In this document: one piece after another, positions 12,879 to 27,800 of the stretch
How positions within the stretch are numbered: the first letter of the stretch is position 1
Layout: every line of letters starts with the position of its first letter
Source: Mizuhopecten yessoensis
Lineage: Eukaryota
Length of the DNA: 64,000 nt
Reading direction: 5' to 3'
Assembly (NCBI RefSeq): GCF_002113885.1
Contig: NW_018408921.1
Location: forward strand, 1,934,615-1,998,614
Program-made: the position numbers and the translations under genes
The notes under the pieces: model-generated
What the model was told of the DNA's origin: nothing
The model's input: only the letters and a program-made list of their open reading frames with translations
Databases searched by the model: none

Positions 12879-15800
12879 GTTGGTATAGCGTTTTTCTTTC
12901 AAAATCATGAATTGTATGTTATAATTGAACATATTCTATTTTTTGTACTTAAATATATATATTATGATTGTGGATTATCTTCTTGTAGCTAAACAATGTA
13001 AAATTTGATAGTAGTAATACATTGTTCTAGTATGTGTGTTTTGTTCATGTATCCCAAGTTCATTTACCTGAGTAATTATTAACCGATGTAATGTGTACAG
13101 TATTCCCATGTTAAAACTTTTGGCAAGTGCTTGAATATCGTGAATCCCTAATACAGACGATGCCAAATGTATTTGCAAGCTGGCGAACCTATTAAACTCT
13201 GTAAATGGAATCGACCGCAGAAGTTGTTTACTTCAACTCGAAACTGGTGAACCCCCTTGAGCGGATTACCCTCTGATCCCCGTTACATAACGGGCTGGGC
13301 GACCTTGTTAACGGCCGGAAAAGGATCGACCCATTTTCGGGGTGGGGGTTACACATGAATTAAATTATACTCCGCGTATTAATTTTGCAATTAAACATCA
13401 AAGGATTTTAATATTTCTATTTAATCTAAGTGAAAATATCTAGTTTAGATATAGATTTATAGATTATGTTTGGGAATCAGAATGTGTAGGTGTGCCACAA
13501 CAGGCCTGTCTAGTCTACCCATAGACTGGGGACTGGCTGACAACGACTTTTGTTGTTTGCCAACTCGTTTACCCTTAGTATTAGTGTAGAGGTTTTAGTG
13601 TGCAATAATGAAGGTTTTATTATTATCAGATACTCATGGATATTCTTAAATATAAAGAAAAAGAATATTGAAAATATCTTGTTGCAAATACGACTAATGA
13701 TACAATTATGGAAAAAAGTTTTTTTTTAATGTTGCTTAAATCATGTTGGTTAATAATATTGCTTAAACAAGAAAAACAAATCCCCCTATTTGTGAAAACT
13801 TCATAGAGGTATATTTTTTTTTATCATGACTTTTATCATAATTGTTATAATTAGCATTAGTGTACAATATTCTATGATCATGTTTAAATAATCTTGAAAA
13901 AAAATCATATCTGATACAAAACAAATCTATCGTTTATAAATCTTTTCATCTCTATTTACAATGAGTGCATTATAAACGAAACCACACATCGAGGAAAATA
14001 GATTGTTTGAAAACATTGTTGTGTGCAATGATGCATGTTTGTTTACGTACAAGTTGTTTGTGCTAATAAAAATCTGTCCACCCATATCTTATATCACAAG
14101 GATGCATTATACACTGTAAATTCAGTGTAAACATGACTTACAATCATATGCATGTTTTTGTACTATGACGTAAAATACCTTTATTTTTGGTTTTCCAACA
14201 AATTTGCACTTACGTACGATAGTATTTACAATAGATATAGTGTACTTTTGACTACATAATATCCTTAATAATCGGTTAAATTATGATCACAGATATTCCA
14301 TTGTTGATTTTTATCAAAGATAAATAAAAAAATGTAAATCATATGAAAGTGAGTATATCTCCAGCAAAGAAATCTTTTTCCGTTTCATGAAACGTGTCAA
14401 AAGATAGAATTGAAAATTTTCTCCCTTCCTGTTATAGACTTATTGAGAAGCATACCCTACGCATTGTATTGTTAAAATACATGTTTAAAAAAAAAAGTGT
14501 TTATGATGTGTTTTAGGAGATTTGTATGAAAGATTATTAAGGGGACTTATTGTGTAGCTAAATATGGTAAGAAGTGAGTTATATACACAGTATTGTGTAT
14601 GGCATTTAATGTAAATGATAACATTCAATTTGAATTGTCCAACTCAAAATATCTACAAGATTTGGTAGTGAATCTTTTCACTACCAAAATTAAAAGATTG
14701 GTAGTGAGTATTATAAAAAACGTTGAGAGTGAAATTCACATTTTTTTATTTGAACATATTTTGTTGTCAAAAGTACAGCAAATTGATTGGGCACAAGTAA
14801 TTTCAACATAATTTTGGCCCTCTCCACAAATTGTAATAAACAAATATAATGTAAATACACAAAAAGATACAACATTTTCAATTTTAATGCAAGTGATAAT
14901 TTTGAAATTAATATGTTCATTAACTTCAAACAGTCCTTTTCAAATCAATGCTGTCAAAAACATGGATTGAAAACTATTTAAATAAATATTTTTGATGATA
15001 AAACAATATTACATCACCATAACAAATGTATTTTCTTGTATTCACACTTATTGCAATGATACCCACCAGTCCAGTAAAGGATCTAGGCCAGAGGACATTA
15101 TTCACCTAACTGTTAATTGATATAGTGATATAACATTGCCCAATCATTTGGCCTCAGTCACCTGGGGTTTATGTCATAATAGTGATCAGAGTTACATAAC
15201 CCTGAACTGTTTGACCCCTGTTTGGCCCCTACCACCATGCTGTCCCTAGGGGATTACATACACTGACCTCTGTGTAGTCCCTTATCTGTCTGGGGTGGCA
15301 TTGTTCAGCTAGATTTAGTCTGGATCCATTATGGGGTATTAGTATTGACAGACGGTGTGGTGCAGACAATTTCATATCTCGTGTACCTGGGCCCATAGGG
15401 AGATTCTCCTTGGCAAACCTATATTTTAGAAAGTTGAACGTGTTTTACAAACCATGCTATAAAATGTATGTGCCTGGGGTATCAGGTTTGCATAATTTTA
15501 TCTTGCTGGACAGGTTTATGAAAAAGAAGACTTTGACAAACATGAACCAATTTAACAACATACAAATGCTAGTTTGATACATGTTAATTAAGTAAATATA
15601 TATATAAGCGAAGAAGTGCAGACAAAGGAATTTGTAAAAAAGACAATTAATTCACCCCTTTTTAGACCGAGATATAAAAGTCGCTTCAAAACAATACTAC
15701 AACATGATATACATAAACAAAAAAAGTTATCACTTGTCACATACCCTGGGTTAGCTTGTGTACATTTCTCAAAACATTTCTCAAAACTCCACATCAGTTA

Positions 15801-18800
15801 TGTACATTGCTATCTAAAATGGGATCAGGATTAAATATAGTGATGTGTTCATTTTTAGCCAAAATCTTATTTCAGAAGCTGTAGCGTTATTGTGAGATTT
15901 TCTTTCTTATACCCATGCAGAAATATTTTTTTTAAGTAACATTCCAGTTGCTGTATATACATGTATTTCAGAAAAAAATATTAAAAGTATATACCGTAAT
16001 CATTATAGTTCTAAAGCAGGAGAACATGGTGTATGTTTTTGAAAAAGGACTACAGGCCTGTCATTACCTTTTGAAATTTTAAAAGCCAAGAGAACTGGTC
16101 TTGATTATTAAAAAAGGACAGCCTTGCTTGTCAACAGGAGCTAGTAGTTGTAAGTCAGCTTACAACCTATATTCATTACTATGTACACCGCCTTGGCGCA
16201 GTGCCAAGCTTAGCACAGTCTGTTAAAACCTGTGGCTATAGCTGTCTGTCTACTGTATTTGTAAAAACTTGCCTTAAAAAGTATGGTTAGTTTCTTAATG
16301 GGAAAAAAAAAAATTAAAATCTATGAATATTTATCACATTTAGTTCTTAAATTGTTTTATTTATCAAAAATAATAATAAATGGTGTGTGTGAGAATTTGT
16401 TTGGTGATATAAAGTTTTATTTTCTTCTTTTATATTTATGTTATTTTATATATTTATATATTTTTTTTTTAAACAAACCTGGGATCAATCTAAAAACAGA
16501 TTTTGTAATGCCCCATGTTGTGTTTGTGTCTAGGGCCGGCTATAGTGAACTCATCAGTCGGTCCAGTTATATTTGAGTTAGTTTAGTCTGCTGTCTGCCA
16601 CAAAGTCTACACACACATATTTCATTATATATGTAAATTCTTACTGCATACTTCTTTGTTTATTTTAAATGTAAAATAAATAACATGCCAGTGTAACATT
16701 TATTGAGTATTAAAACAAAAGGTTTTGTCAATTGAATTTTTATTCAATGTTTAACTCATTCACCCCTGAAGACACATTTGAACTCTTCCAATTCAGAGGT
16801 TGGTGTAGTTCATTATAAAATTTCAGAGGTTAATGAGTTAAAGAAATATCCTTTGTGTCATATATTTGCTTGCACACCATTTCAATGCCAATTCAAGACA
16901 AATAAGAAAATATATACCTAAAAAATCCTTTTTGGACTAGAATGACAGAAAATCATTGAAAACCACCTCTTGCCTTCTATTTTTTGTATATTAATGACCT
17001 ACTTGTGACATTCAAGCCAAAATGTAATGATTCCATTCCTTGTAGGTTTTAGCATTTCTCAAGAGATCATATGTACATTATATACATATGAACTCCTTGG
17101 AAATAATATTCATAAACTGAAAGATTTTGAAACTTGTTTCGCTACAAATTAGTGACTGTTAATAGCCTTCAATGCAGAGAAACACCTGCGTCCCACACTA
17201 GGGGGGAGATATATATTAACTTAAGATCCTGTGTTCCCTATATAATTGCCTTTGTTTTTTTGGTGCACATGCAAAATGCATATCGTGACACTAATGTTTA
17301 AGAGGCTGATGTTTTGAGAAGCACCATATGACTTCAATGCTTTGTTTTTATAAAGTTGTGATTTAAGATACTCTATAATGAAGCTATTTTGATTCCAGAA
17401 ATTGTACCTTTCCTAAATTTCTCATTGCTAGAAAGAGAAAATGAAACTGCTGTTTAATTTGACCTTATATCTTATCACCAATAATCGTCAGTTTATTTTC
17501 GTTTGCCACACATATTATTAGTTTGTTCTGATGGATGGTTTTGTTAAAAGTTTATCCTATTTTTTTATATTTGAAGTGGATTCAGCATTATTGCTGTTGT
17601 GTATACATATATATATATATATCACAGTATGTATATTCCGTCTTTGTATATTGCAGAGTTATCTTCTCTTGTGAGCAGGTATTGATTGTTACGTCATTAT
17701 TTTGTGAGAGTAACGTCATCAATTTTTGAGAAAACAACGTAATTTTCTCACACAAACTTCATGATGACGTAACAATCAATACCTGCTCACAAGAGAAGAC
17801 AACTCTGCAATATGCAAAGACGGAATAGGACCAATGATATGATAAATACATTTGACACACAGAATAGTTACTTTTCAAGTGCTGAAATTTCTGGAGCAAC
17901 AAAAACCTTGAAAATTCATAAAATATGTATATTTTATACTCTAAAGAATTCATGGAGAAAAACAGCTTGTCCATCATCAGTTGGACATCACAACATCTAC
18001 AGTAGCAGTGATTGTTTTTGCTAATTTGTTTTACCGAATACCGGCAGGTTCCCAAAGCTAAAAAGTGCCTTATATTCCCAAAATATCCTAAAACTGAAGG
18101 ATATGTTCCCAATTTCAATACAAATAGTGCTATATTTTCCCCAGTGATTTAGGTAACAAAAACAGTGAGTTGTGTCATTTTATAAAACACAGATATATAA
18201 TAAGATATGTAATATAAATGGAATAGATCAAGTATGATTTTCATTTTGTTGTTGTGTGTGATAATTATATATGCAGGTCTAAGACTACATATTTGATGAG
18301 GCTTCAGAAAAATGTGAAAACTGCTAAAATTTAGATGTCACAAAAAAGTTTGTATTTATTATAAACTGTCCTGAATTACAAACAGTTCCTTCTAAACAGT
18401 TTAATGTATTATAGAAGTTACTATTTATTGTTAGATTTTGTAGTTTTAAATAAACATGATTTTAATTAAAGTACTCTTTTATTCCTAGCAAATAAGAGTT
18501 TGGCTTGGTATAACTGCATTCCATGCTTAAAAATCTGTTCTAAAACATACCTTTTTTTTAAATTATATATACGCTTGAAACGTAAATAGCTATTAAAAAC
18601 TTCATCAGAAATAAAGATGTGAAATCACATGTGTGGATTGTGTGTCTATATATAGCTAGTTATAAATATCTTCTGTTGACTGATGGTCTGTACTACCAGG
18701 CCACCTGACACCTATAACCTGTGTGACAGGTGGGGCCTGAGGCTTCAAGGTCAGCAGGGGTCAGAGGCTAGACTTATGCAATTATTTGCTATAATTATAC

Positions 18801-21800
18801 CACTTGAGTGGTCCTTTGACCTATTGAGTAAGGTGTCTGAGCTCATTAATGTGATACACATACATCTATAGATACCAATATGTGAAACATGTGTTGGACA
18901 TGTTAGGAAGGAGGGCACTGTATTGTTAACCCTTTCACCCCTATGTAACTTTAGTAGACTCTACCATGCATTGATCTGGATGAGTGCATTATGGTCTACA
19001 GTGGTGAAAGGGTTAACTAACCACATGCATCCCGACACATCAGTAATGATGGTGGTTAACCTGTGCCGATTTCTGAACATTTTAATGCTTTCATCCTCCA
19101 CCATGCACCCACTTTTCGAGAGAAAACAAATTGCTAAAAAATAAGCATATTCAGATTTTTTTTTTTTTTTAAGTAACCTCCCCACGCTTTGGGCTTGATA
19201 TATATGGTCAAAGTAAGAAACCTCGTACTACTGCTAGAAACTGAAATATGAATTGGAAACTGTTTGCCCACTAGCATACATAAACTTTATTGATTAATTT
19301 CTAAAAAGAAGCCTATACATAAATAATTTTCATGAAATAATGATCAAGGTGAAATAAAATAAAATTTATAACATTGTTTCGAGATTCAAAAGGCAAAGGT
19401 GCTAGCCAAGTATTAAGACCCATGGACCACTGATCACAATAAATTTGATCTTAGATTCAGCGGCCAAATCAGTGGCAGATCCCTGGTCAGATCCCACAAA
19501 AGTTACATACATATATATATCAAAAACAAAATCAAGGGAGGTCACTGTATGGATGGAAAACTACAGTGGAACTCTTTTGTGTTTTGCTTGCAGTCGGACA
19601 AGGATCCTTAACTCATTCACCCCTACATTTTTAAACTGGACTTGCCCAGTCTTTGATTTGGTGAGGTTCAAATGTGGCTTTAGGAGTGAATGGGTTAAGT
19701 CATGTGTACTATGGGTATATAAATACCCATTCATTTTTGACATTCTAGACCATCTTATCGTATTATGACCGCTTTTGTTTGAAATTTTGAAACTTTCATT
19801 TTTTAATCCAAGTATAAAAGTACACTGAATATAGTTTAAATACAGTGTGATACTTAGTTGGATTTTTAATGATCAGCTTACAATTTTGATGCGGATTTGC
19901 GGTATTGAAATACACATTTTTAGAATAATACCAATGACATTTGAGGGTGATATTTGCTGGTCAGTTGATCTGAATTTGTGCCAGGAAATTTAAATGTAAT
20001 TGGCAACACATGAAGAAAATGTATTTATATCTTGTATAACTGGCTCCTGAGTGTTGTCGATTTAACAAATGACCAAATAAACAAAAGTTGAATTTCTTTA
20101 AAAAATAAAGCTGTGTGATCAATGAAAATGGCATTAGTTTTCCTTTAAAGAAGTCAGTCATATATATTCTGGTGTAGTGACATTTATTTTAATATATTTT
20201 TCTATATTCTTATTTTCTAAATATATATATGATATATGATGTACATTTTAAACAACGATCATTTAATGTATAAATCTTCATAATTTTGTGAAAAAGAAAA
20301 CTTCTTTCGTTAAACTGGTATTAAGCATGTTGTTATTATAAGAAAATTCTAACTTTCTTTTACAACAATTATGAAACAAGTTTTTTGCCTATTTAAATTA
20401 ATCACTCATGATGGTCAGATGGAAGTGCACAGTCTAGGGAAGCTGGTGACTCAATACCTTTTTATGTCAGATTGAGAGGCCACCAATTTGGCACCATGTT
20501 CATTACAAATGTGAAATTGGCCATTTTTCATAGTTTTGCCCCTAGTAAACCTTGTTATTTTTCAGATATATATTCTCTATGAATTAAGTAATGAAAATTT
20601 GCCAAGGTATTCTATCTTTGGATAATGTAGAGTTATCTTCTCTTGTGAGCAGGTATTGATTGTTACGTCATTGGTTTGTGTGAGAAAATTACGTTGTTTT
20701 CTCAAAAATTGATGACGTTACTCTCATAAACAAATGACTTAACAATCAATACCTGCTCACAAGAGCAGATAACTCTGCAATACGCAAAGACTGAATAAAT
20801 GATGTTAGTAACATTTTGGGACACAGGTGTTAATCAGAATTCCGCAAAGGTAGACATTTTACTTTGAGAATATTAAAAGTTTGTTGCATTTCACCTTAGC
20901 AATTGAACCGTCTGTTTAGCTTATACATATAGGAAAGGGAAAGACATGACCACTGATATTGTATTGTAATGACAAGATAAAAACTTCTGAGGATGATTAA
21001 GATTATATACAGGTAGTTACAATAATGGTTAAAAGTACAAAGAACTGCAGGTAGGACTGCTATTAGGCTATATATTGCCCTAACAAGGTGCCATATTGTG
21101 GGCTGTCATGTCGGTCAGTTCAGCCTGCTGGTATTACAGCTAATCCACAATATCCTTTATGTCCTGGTAATCTTATTTCTTAAAAGGTTAATTTTCACTG
21201 GCAACTTGCTAAGTGGGATCAAGGTGTTCCAGACTGGCATTAGCATTATCATGAAAACAATGTACTTACTTGCTCAGGGTGTTTTAAATATGTATACAAG
21301 GGGTTTTAATTTTATGAAGCTGTTTGAATTCCCAATGGATATTGAAAGTGTTTGGATGATGATTTTGCCAAATCCCTTTTTTCCCCCGGATTGGATTTCA
21401 CAATTCAGTTGCTTACAATTGTATTTTGAGCCATGTAATGTAAGCTCATACTCGGTATAGATAGCCTTGCCCCTTTGTTTAAAAGAAGGTTTTCATTGAA
21501 TAGAATATAAGTCCTCCAAATTCGGTCACAGAAAAAAACTCGTTAATCTGACACAAATTAAAATCGCAGGTTTTGTAGGAAATTGTCCGCATTAATTAGC
21601 TCTTTGCCGTAGGTCATCCTCGGCCATGCTGATCTTGCAGTCTTGAAGTCACTGGCGGTAGCCGGCGAAGCTTGCTTGATCACACCAAGAGGTCAAAAGT
21701 ACTTATAATTTCTATATATACCGACATGTGCATTACATTACTGCATACAATTCCCAGGGCTTGTTTCTGGTAGATTTAAAGATGGATGTCGCATAATAAT

Positions 21801-24800
21801 GTAAGGATCATTGTTTTATCATGGGAATTTTACTGTCTATTTTAGGCAACTTAATATAGCACATCTTAGCAGACATTGTTTTCAGTAACTTAATTCATTT
21901 GGGTGTCAATGGTTAAACACTGGATTAACAAGATGATTTTAGATTGACAGAATTTACTTTAAAGAAATTGGTTATGCAGAACATAACATTTTCAATGTAG
22001 ATAACAAATTTTGAATTCGAAATAAAAAATATAAGTAAAATTCATAAATATTGCTTAGTGAATAGGTATAGAAATTATATTATGCCAGCTGGCAAAGACT
22101 TCATGCCCAGACAAACCAAACGTGCAGATCACAATATTTTCTAACATTTCTAGAAAATGGGTATGCAGCCTTTATCAGTGGTCATTATTTTGTCAATGCC
22201 TCTGCTAGGAGTCGAACTAGGGACCTTTAGTTTACTAGTCTTGTGCTCTACCGAATGAGCTAAAGAAATTCTCCCTAACCGAGTCGGTAGGAAGCGGCTA
22301 GTATCTTACCAAGTTGACACATATATGTTGTTATATTATAGGCCTTATAGGTGCTTATAATGAGAGTATGGATGGGCACTTTAATTTACTATCGCAAACA
22401 GATCAGTCTATCTGATAAAAAAGTGTATTCAGGATTATAATTAAAATTTGTCCAGTAGTTTGCGTTCACCTACTGTTGAAATATAACGGGTCTGTGAAAA
22501 TTTGAGGAGGCACACCCTGCAAAAACACTGCGGCAGTCAAACTTGCTCATCCCTTTTTTGGATTAACTAGCATATTCTTAAAATTAAAAGGCAATTGCTA
22601 GTAGATACTGGTATGTGCTTATTTCAAACCCTGCAATTTCATCCCTCCTGATTTCTGAAGGGATTGTTTTAGGGTTTATATACATGTCCATACATGTTCT
22701 TGCCAACTCGCCCTCGTATATATATGCAAGACCACACACTTGTGTATTCTAACGAATCGGAAAGCATGAGTTTATTGCACAGATGAATATATACGTCCGC
22801 GCAATAAATGAGTGCTTTCTGATTCGTTAGAAAAACACAAGTGTGTTTTCTTGCTTTTATCACATACCTTCCGTATTTGGTAGAGATCAATACAAAGATT
22901 TTATAAACTTTGATATTTTTTGCAAATACCGGGAAATTTTTCAGTTCGCCATGACAAGGCCGAAGGGGATTCCCATAAAATGTAGTTCCGTGCAATACAG
23001 AACGTTGTATTTCATGGTCTGAAAATTGCTTGTATTACTATAACAAGATTCAACAGGTTTGTGATAAATTGGAGGAAGACACCCACATTTTGACCCTGAA
23101 ATCAACATTTAGATTTTCAACCAACAAATGTGCTAACCCTTGAACTTTCAATGGGGGATATTCTGTATGCTCAAAATTCATAACAATAAACACACTTTAT
23201 TATACTGATATTTTGAATTTTAAGCATGTAGAATCTCCCCTGAGGAAATTTCAAAAGGTGAGCAGGTACATGTATATGGCAGGCTTGGCTTGTCCATTGA
23301 TCAATGAAAGCAAGTATAGCAGACTGTGTATTATTTGTGTACTACTTCATTATGAATAATGGGCTATCATATACAAGGCATATGTTGCTGCTGCCTTCCC
23401 TGGTCAGTGACCAAGGTGATTTTGACATAGTGCCAACTTGACCAGACCTTTCTGACCACTGACTGTAGCTAGCCTGCAGTATATTGACCACAGCTGAATA
23501 AGTTGGACCTGCTGACCACACACTTTTAATTTGCTGTAGCCATTCAGGACAGATAAGAACACCCTAGGCAATGGAAAGTAGACAGCTTGCATTAATATGT
23601 TGCTATATGAGATTAAAGCAAGCTCTAAAATGTTTCTGATTCTTGAATTGTCATTTATCTAAATTTGTTTTAGTTTATGAAATGATACAATCAATCCTCC
23701 TAGGAATGAGGCATTTATTGAAAGCAGTCCACAAGCTTGTTGATGTTTAACCCTTTCACCACTGTAGACCATAATGGACCCTTCCATATCATTCCATGGT
23801 AGAGTCTACTAAAGTTACATAGGGGTGAAAGCGTTAAACATGTTTTCTGATGTTGTCAACCTGGAATTTTTTGCACCCTTAAAAACTTGCATTTCCAATT
23901 AACTGCATGTACTTGGTAGGAACAGGGATGGGCTTGTTGCCAAATAAGTATATCATTTTAAGCATAACACATCCAATAATGTATATTGTAGATACAAAAA
24001 TAACACTGAGTTCATATGTAAAGGAAAATATCAAACAAACACACAAGAGTGACCACTGAGATTCTCTGCAGCCTTCTTGGGGTCCTTCAGTACATCAAGA
24101 AAAAACTGTTCCTATTACAGAAACTTGTGCATACCAATGTTTTAAGCGTCCTATTTGTGAGAAAGTAATACCAGAAGGTTTAGTCTAACTAATTCCTAAG
24201 TTGATTTTTTCATTCCCGTCATTGGGACCTTTACAAGTCTATGTCAGGTTCCAGTCTGCTGGATTGTATGGAGGTGCCACTGCTGTCGACACTATTGATT
24301 TAAAGTCCTAGCCATTAGACCCTGGCCATGGTCATTATATATTTATTTATGTCTAGACCTCTACCTCTCTTGTTGAGATCTCTTGTATCTGTAACAAACG
24401 CTATTTTGTGCAAAATAGTGGTTGCCTTTGCACGTTACCTGGGTTACAGTAATGGTTGGGGATTACAATAATGGTTGTAATTAAAATACAGTATCTACAA
24501 TATTTTGATTTTTTTTTTACTAATACTTCCATCAATTGGCTTGGATAACGTGGTCATTAATGTCAATGAAATCATTAACTCATTCACCCCCGAAGACACA
24601 GTTGATCTCTTCTAAATCAAAGGTTGGAATAGATCATTATGAAATTTCAGGTGTGAATGAGTTAAAGTTGAAATATAAAACTGCCTGTGCTAGCTTATAC
24701 ATGGTCTCCCACAGGTTATGGTCGCCATTAGACGGATACTGTAGTTATAGTCAATGATCACTTGCCCTCCCACTCTACCACTGGGTCGTGGGTTAAGGCC

Positions 24801-27800
24801 TACATGGCGCAGTCGCCAGGTACTTTCACTGCATATTTGTTGCCTGAAAAATATACAAATTACAAACAAACAGGGAAATCATTTTCATTCTGATAGAGAT
24901 TTAGACTAAATATTTAACCATTAAAGGTGATGCAAAATTTAAAATTTACCAATTTTTGTGCTAGAAACAAAACCGCAAAAAGTTGACCTCAAATTTGACC
25001 TTGTGAAAAACAAGCACCATATAGTACAGATAAAGGACATTAGATAACATATTGATAAATTTCTAGGTGAGACGCCGACCACCTTGCAATGACAGAACCG
25101 GTACATCATATACCAGGTTCTCCCCTGAATTTTTTTAAGCTGATATGTTTCATTTTCAACGTTTGTTGAAGTAATCTCTTTCGAAGCCAAACTGAATGCT
25201 ACGAAATGACATATATAAAGTTTGATTATGCACCTAGGTCATGCAGAGCTTATTTTAGATGTGGAAGGGCATGCCGGCCTTTAAAGTAGATGATTGTTGC
25301 TATGGGAATGCACAAAAATCATAGTAAAATGCCTGAGTTACATATTTTACCGGTATATATGTAAAACCAACGGCCTTGTGGCCGTTATGAACACATAAAC
25401 TTTATATAGTGTCCTTTCATAACATTTGATGTTGTTATAGAAAAGCTAGACATGTTATAAACATTAAAGCACTTTTCAGTTTCAATGTTTATAACATGTC
25501 TAGCACATTCATAACATGACAGACAGTTATGAAATGGTACATCCTCTAAAGTTCATTTATCAATTTAGGTAACGTAGCATTTGTTTTCTTGCTTATAATC
25601 TGCTTAAATATATTACCAGGGAATTTTACTATGATTTTAGTCGTTTCGCATGGAAACATCTATCTTATGTTAAGTCTCTCTACAGCTAGAAAAAGAGAAA
25701 GTAAGCTCCGGATGACCTAGGCATATATATGAACTTCGGATAATATGTCATTTCATAATATACATAAATGTACATTTTGGTCGCTTAAGAGGATGACATG
25801 TTATAAGTCTGGTGAACAATTTTTATGAAGACATCAGCCTTAATGTCTTATTATTTACTACATTAACCTTGCTATGGATCTTTTTAATAGCTAATGTACA
25901 AGTTCAATACATCAAAACTACATATATAAGTTCTGATCTTTAATTGGGGTATTTGAATATGAATTTTCCTGGGGTTGAAATTTAGGGTGACTATAGCCTC
26001 TTTCAGGGGGCCTGTTGAACCTAAGCTGATATGACAGGGTGAATTTGTACCTGAAGCTGATCAGGCTCCGGTCTGTATCAGCTAAATGGCCTGGGGCGAA
26101 CCCTATGACACTTGAGCATTGATCTAATAATGATGTACAATAATATACAGCATTTGATATGCTCTGGTAAACTGGTTTAAATTGATTTCATCAATATTTT
26201 AATTTGAGACACATTGTTCCTGTTTTCATATGCATTTAATTTGGGGAGACAGCCAATTGTCATTATTAATAATTTAACAAGACAGACTATGTGCGTTGTT
26301 TGACCAGGGAGACCTTGTGATCTGTTGACTCCCTGATGGCATTGGTAACTGTTAGGCGACACAGCTTATATTGATTAAATATATCAATATATCTGTAAGT
26401 GATAGTATAAGCTATGTAATTTACATGTTGTGCCGTTGTAATAGAGGTCTCTGAACAAACATCATATTTTTATATACGAATACCCCAAACTAACTTCAAT
26501 GTATCAAATCTATTGGCGTACTTTCCTCACATCTGGTTGATTCTGAAATACTTTTTCTATATTGCACTCTTCGGTAAAGAAAATTTACTGATTTGGGATA
26601 ACAAGTTATTATAAAATGTTTGATATATAAGCTTGAACACACTTTAATGTAGTTCTTATCGGGTAAGTTTAAGAGTAATACTCTTGGACACATCATCTTG
26701 GAATGGCTGCTATATAAGAGTCCCAGATACTAAAGTTTAACACTTGATGTTGTATATTTGCCTGTACATAAGGATTCACTAGGAAGATATTTCAGTAAAA
26801 AATGTTTAAAGAAGGTTTATTAATTTGGAGAGGAATGGCTCTATTTAAGGCTATTTTCCTTTGTTTGACAGACATACGACAGCGAAACATTGGACTTAAA
26901 GCGAGCGAAGAGTGAAGATAGTGCTAGTACATCAAGCAGTGGATCCTGGGCAGATTCAGTGTCAGGGATGCGTGGACTGTCTGCCTTCCGACCATGGTCA
27001 CCGAGCTTGCTCATAGCGCTCAAGGATGGGAAACTTTTACCAGCGGCGCCCGCCATCATGAGGGAAGGGTAGGTTTATAAATATAGTCATTCGACTATAT
27101 CCAGGCTCTAGAGTCCTGAATCAAACTTAAAGACTGACCGTTAAAATTGACATAGTTCTGGTATATAATTGTCATAGAAAAGGTATAAAAGGGATTTCAA
27201 TTTGTAAAAATTATCTTACTAAGTATTTGAAATTGAAGAAAACGAAAAATTAAGAAAATTACCTTGAATTCATAATTTTGAAAATCCTTTTTATCTGTGA
27301 ACTGATAAATAAAATTGTAAGCTTAATTGAGAATTTTCTGTAGAGAATGACATGTTTAATTTCTGTGTTTTTTGCTTTTTTTTCCTCAGACTAAGTGGCA
27401 TCCCCCCACCATATCTACACACAGGGCCCCCAGTTCTGCTCCACCCTGAGAGAGTTATCCCCCTTTCAGAATCATCTAGGTGAGTTATCTCCTCATAATA
27501 AATAAGAGATTGACACTATGTGAAACTATGCATTTGAAACATATTTTTCTTGCACGATTATAGCTTGAATAAATCCTTCATGAAAAGAAAAAGTATATCT
27601 TGCAGACCTTTTTAGAAAACATGATGGAGGTGAAATAAACAAAACATAATCAACTAACATGTTCTGAGTGTAAAATATAATGCGGGACCAGATTGGCATT
27701 CAAACCCTGGACTTCAGATTGTAAAACCGATTGAGCTACCTGGACAACGGAAGTGTATGAGCCCAAATGTACTACAGATCTTAACGGGAGGTTACTGTAT

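Noticed and set aside
12879-12992. C-terminal VGIAFFFQ...SSCS of the 340-aa ORF
   Set aside because: Read-through into intron 1 past the CAG|GT donor; AT-rich, low-complexity sequence.
24921-25284. TTAAAGG...CCTTTAA Kolobok-like MITE
   Set aside because: Only the terminal 7 bp are complementary and there is no second copy in the window.
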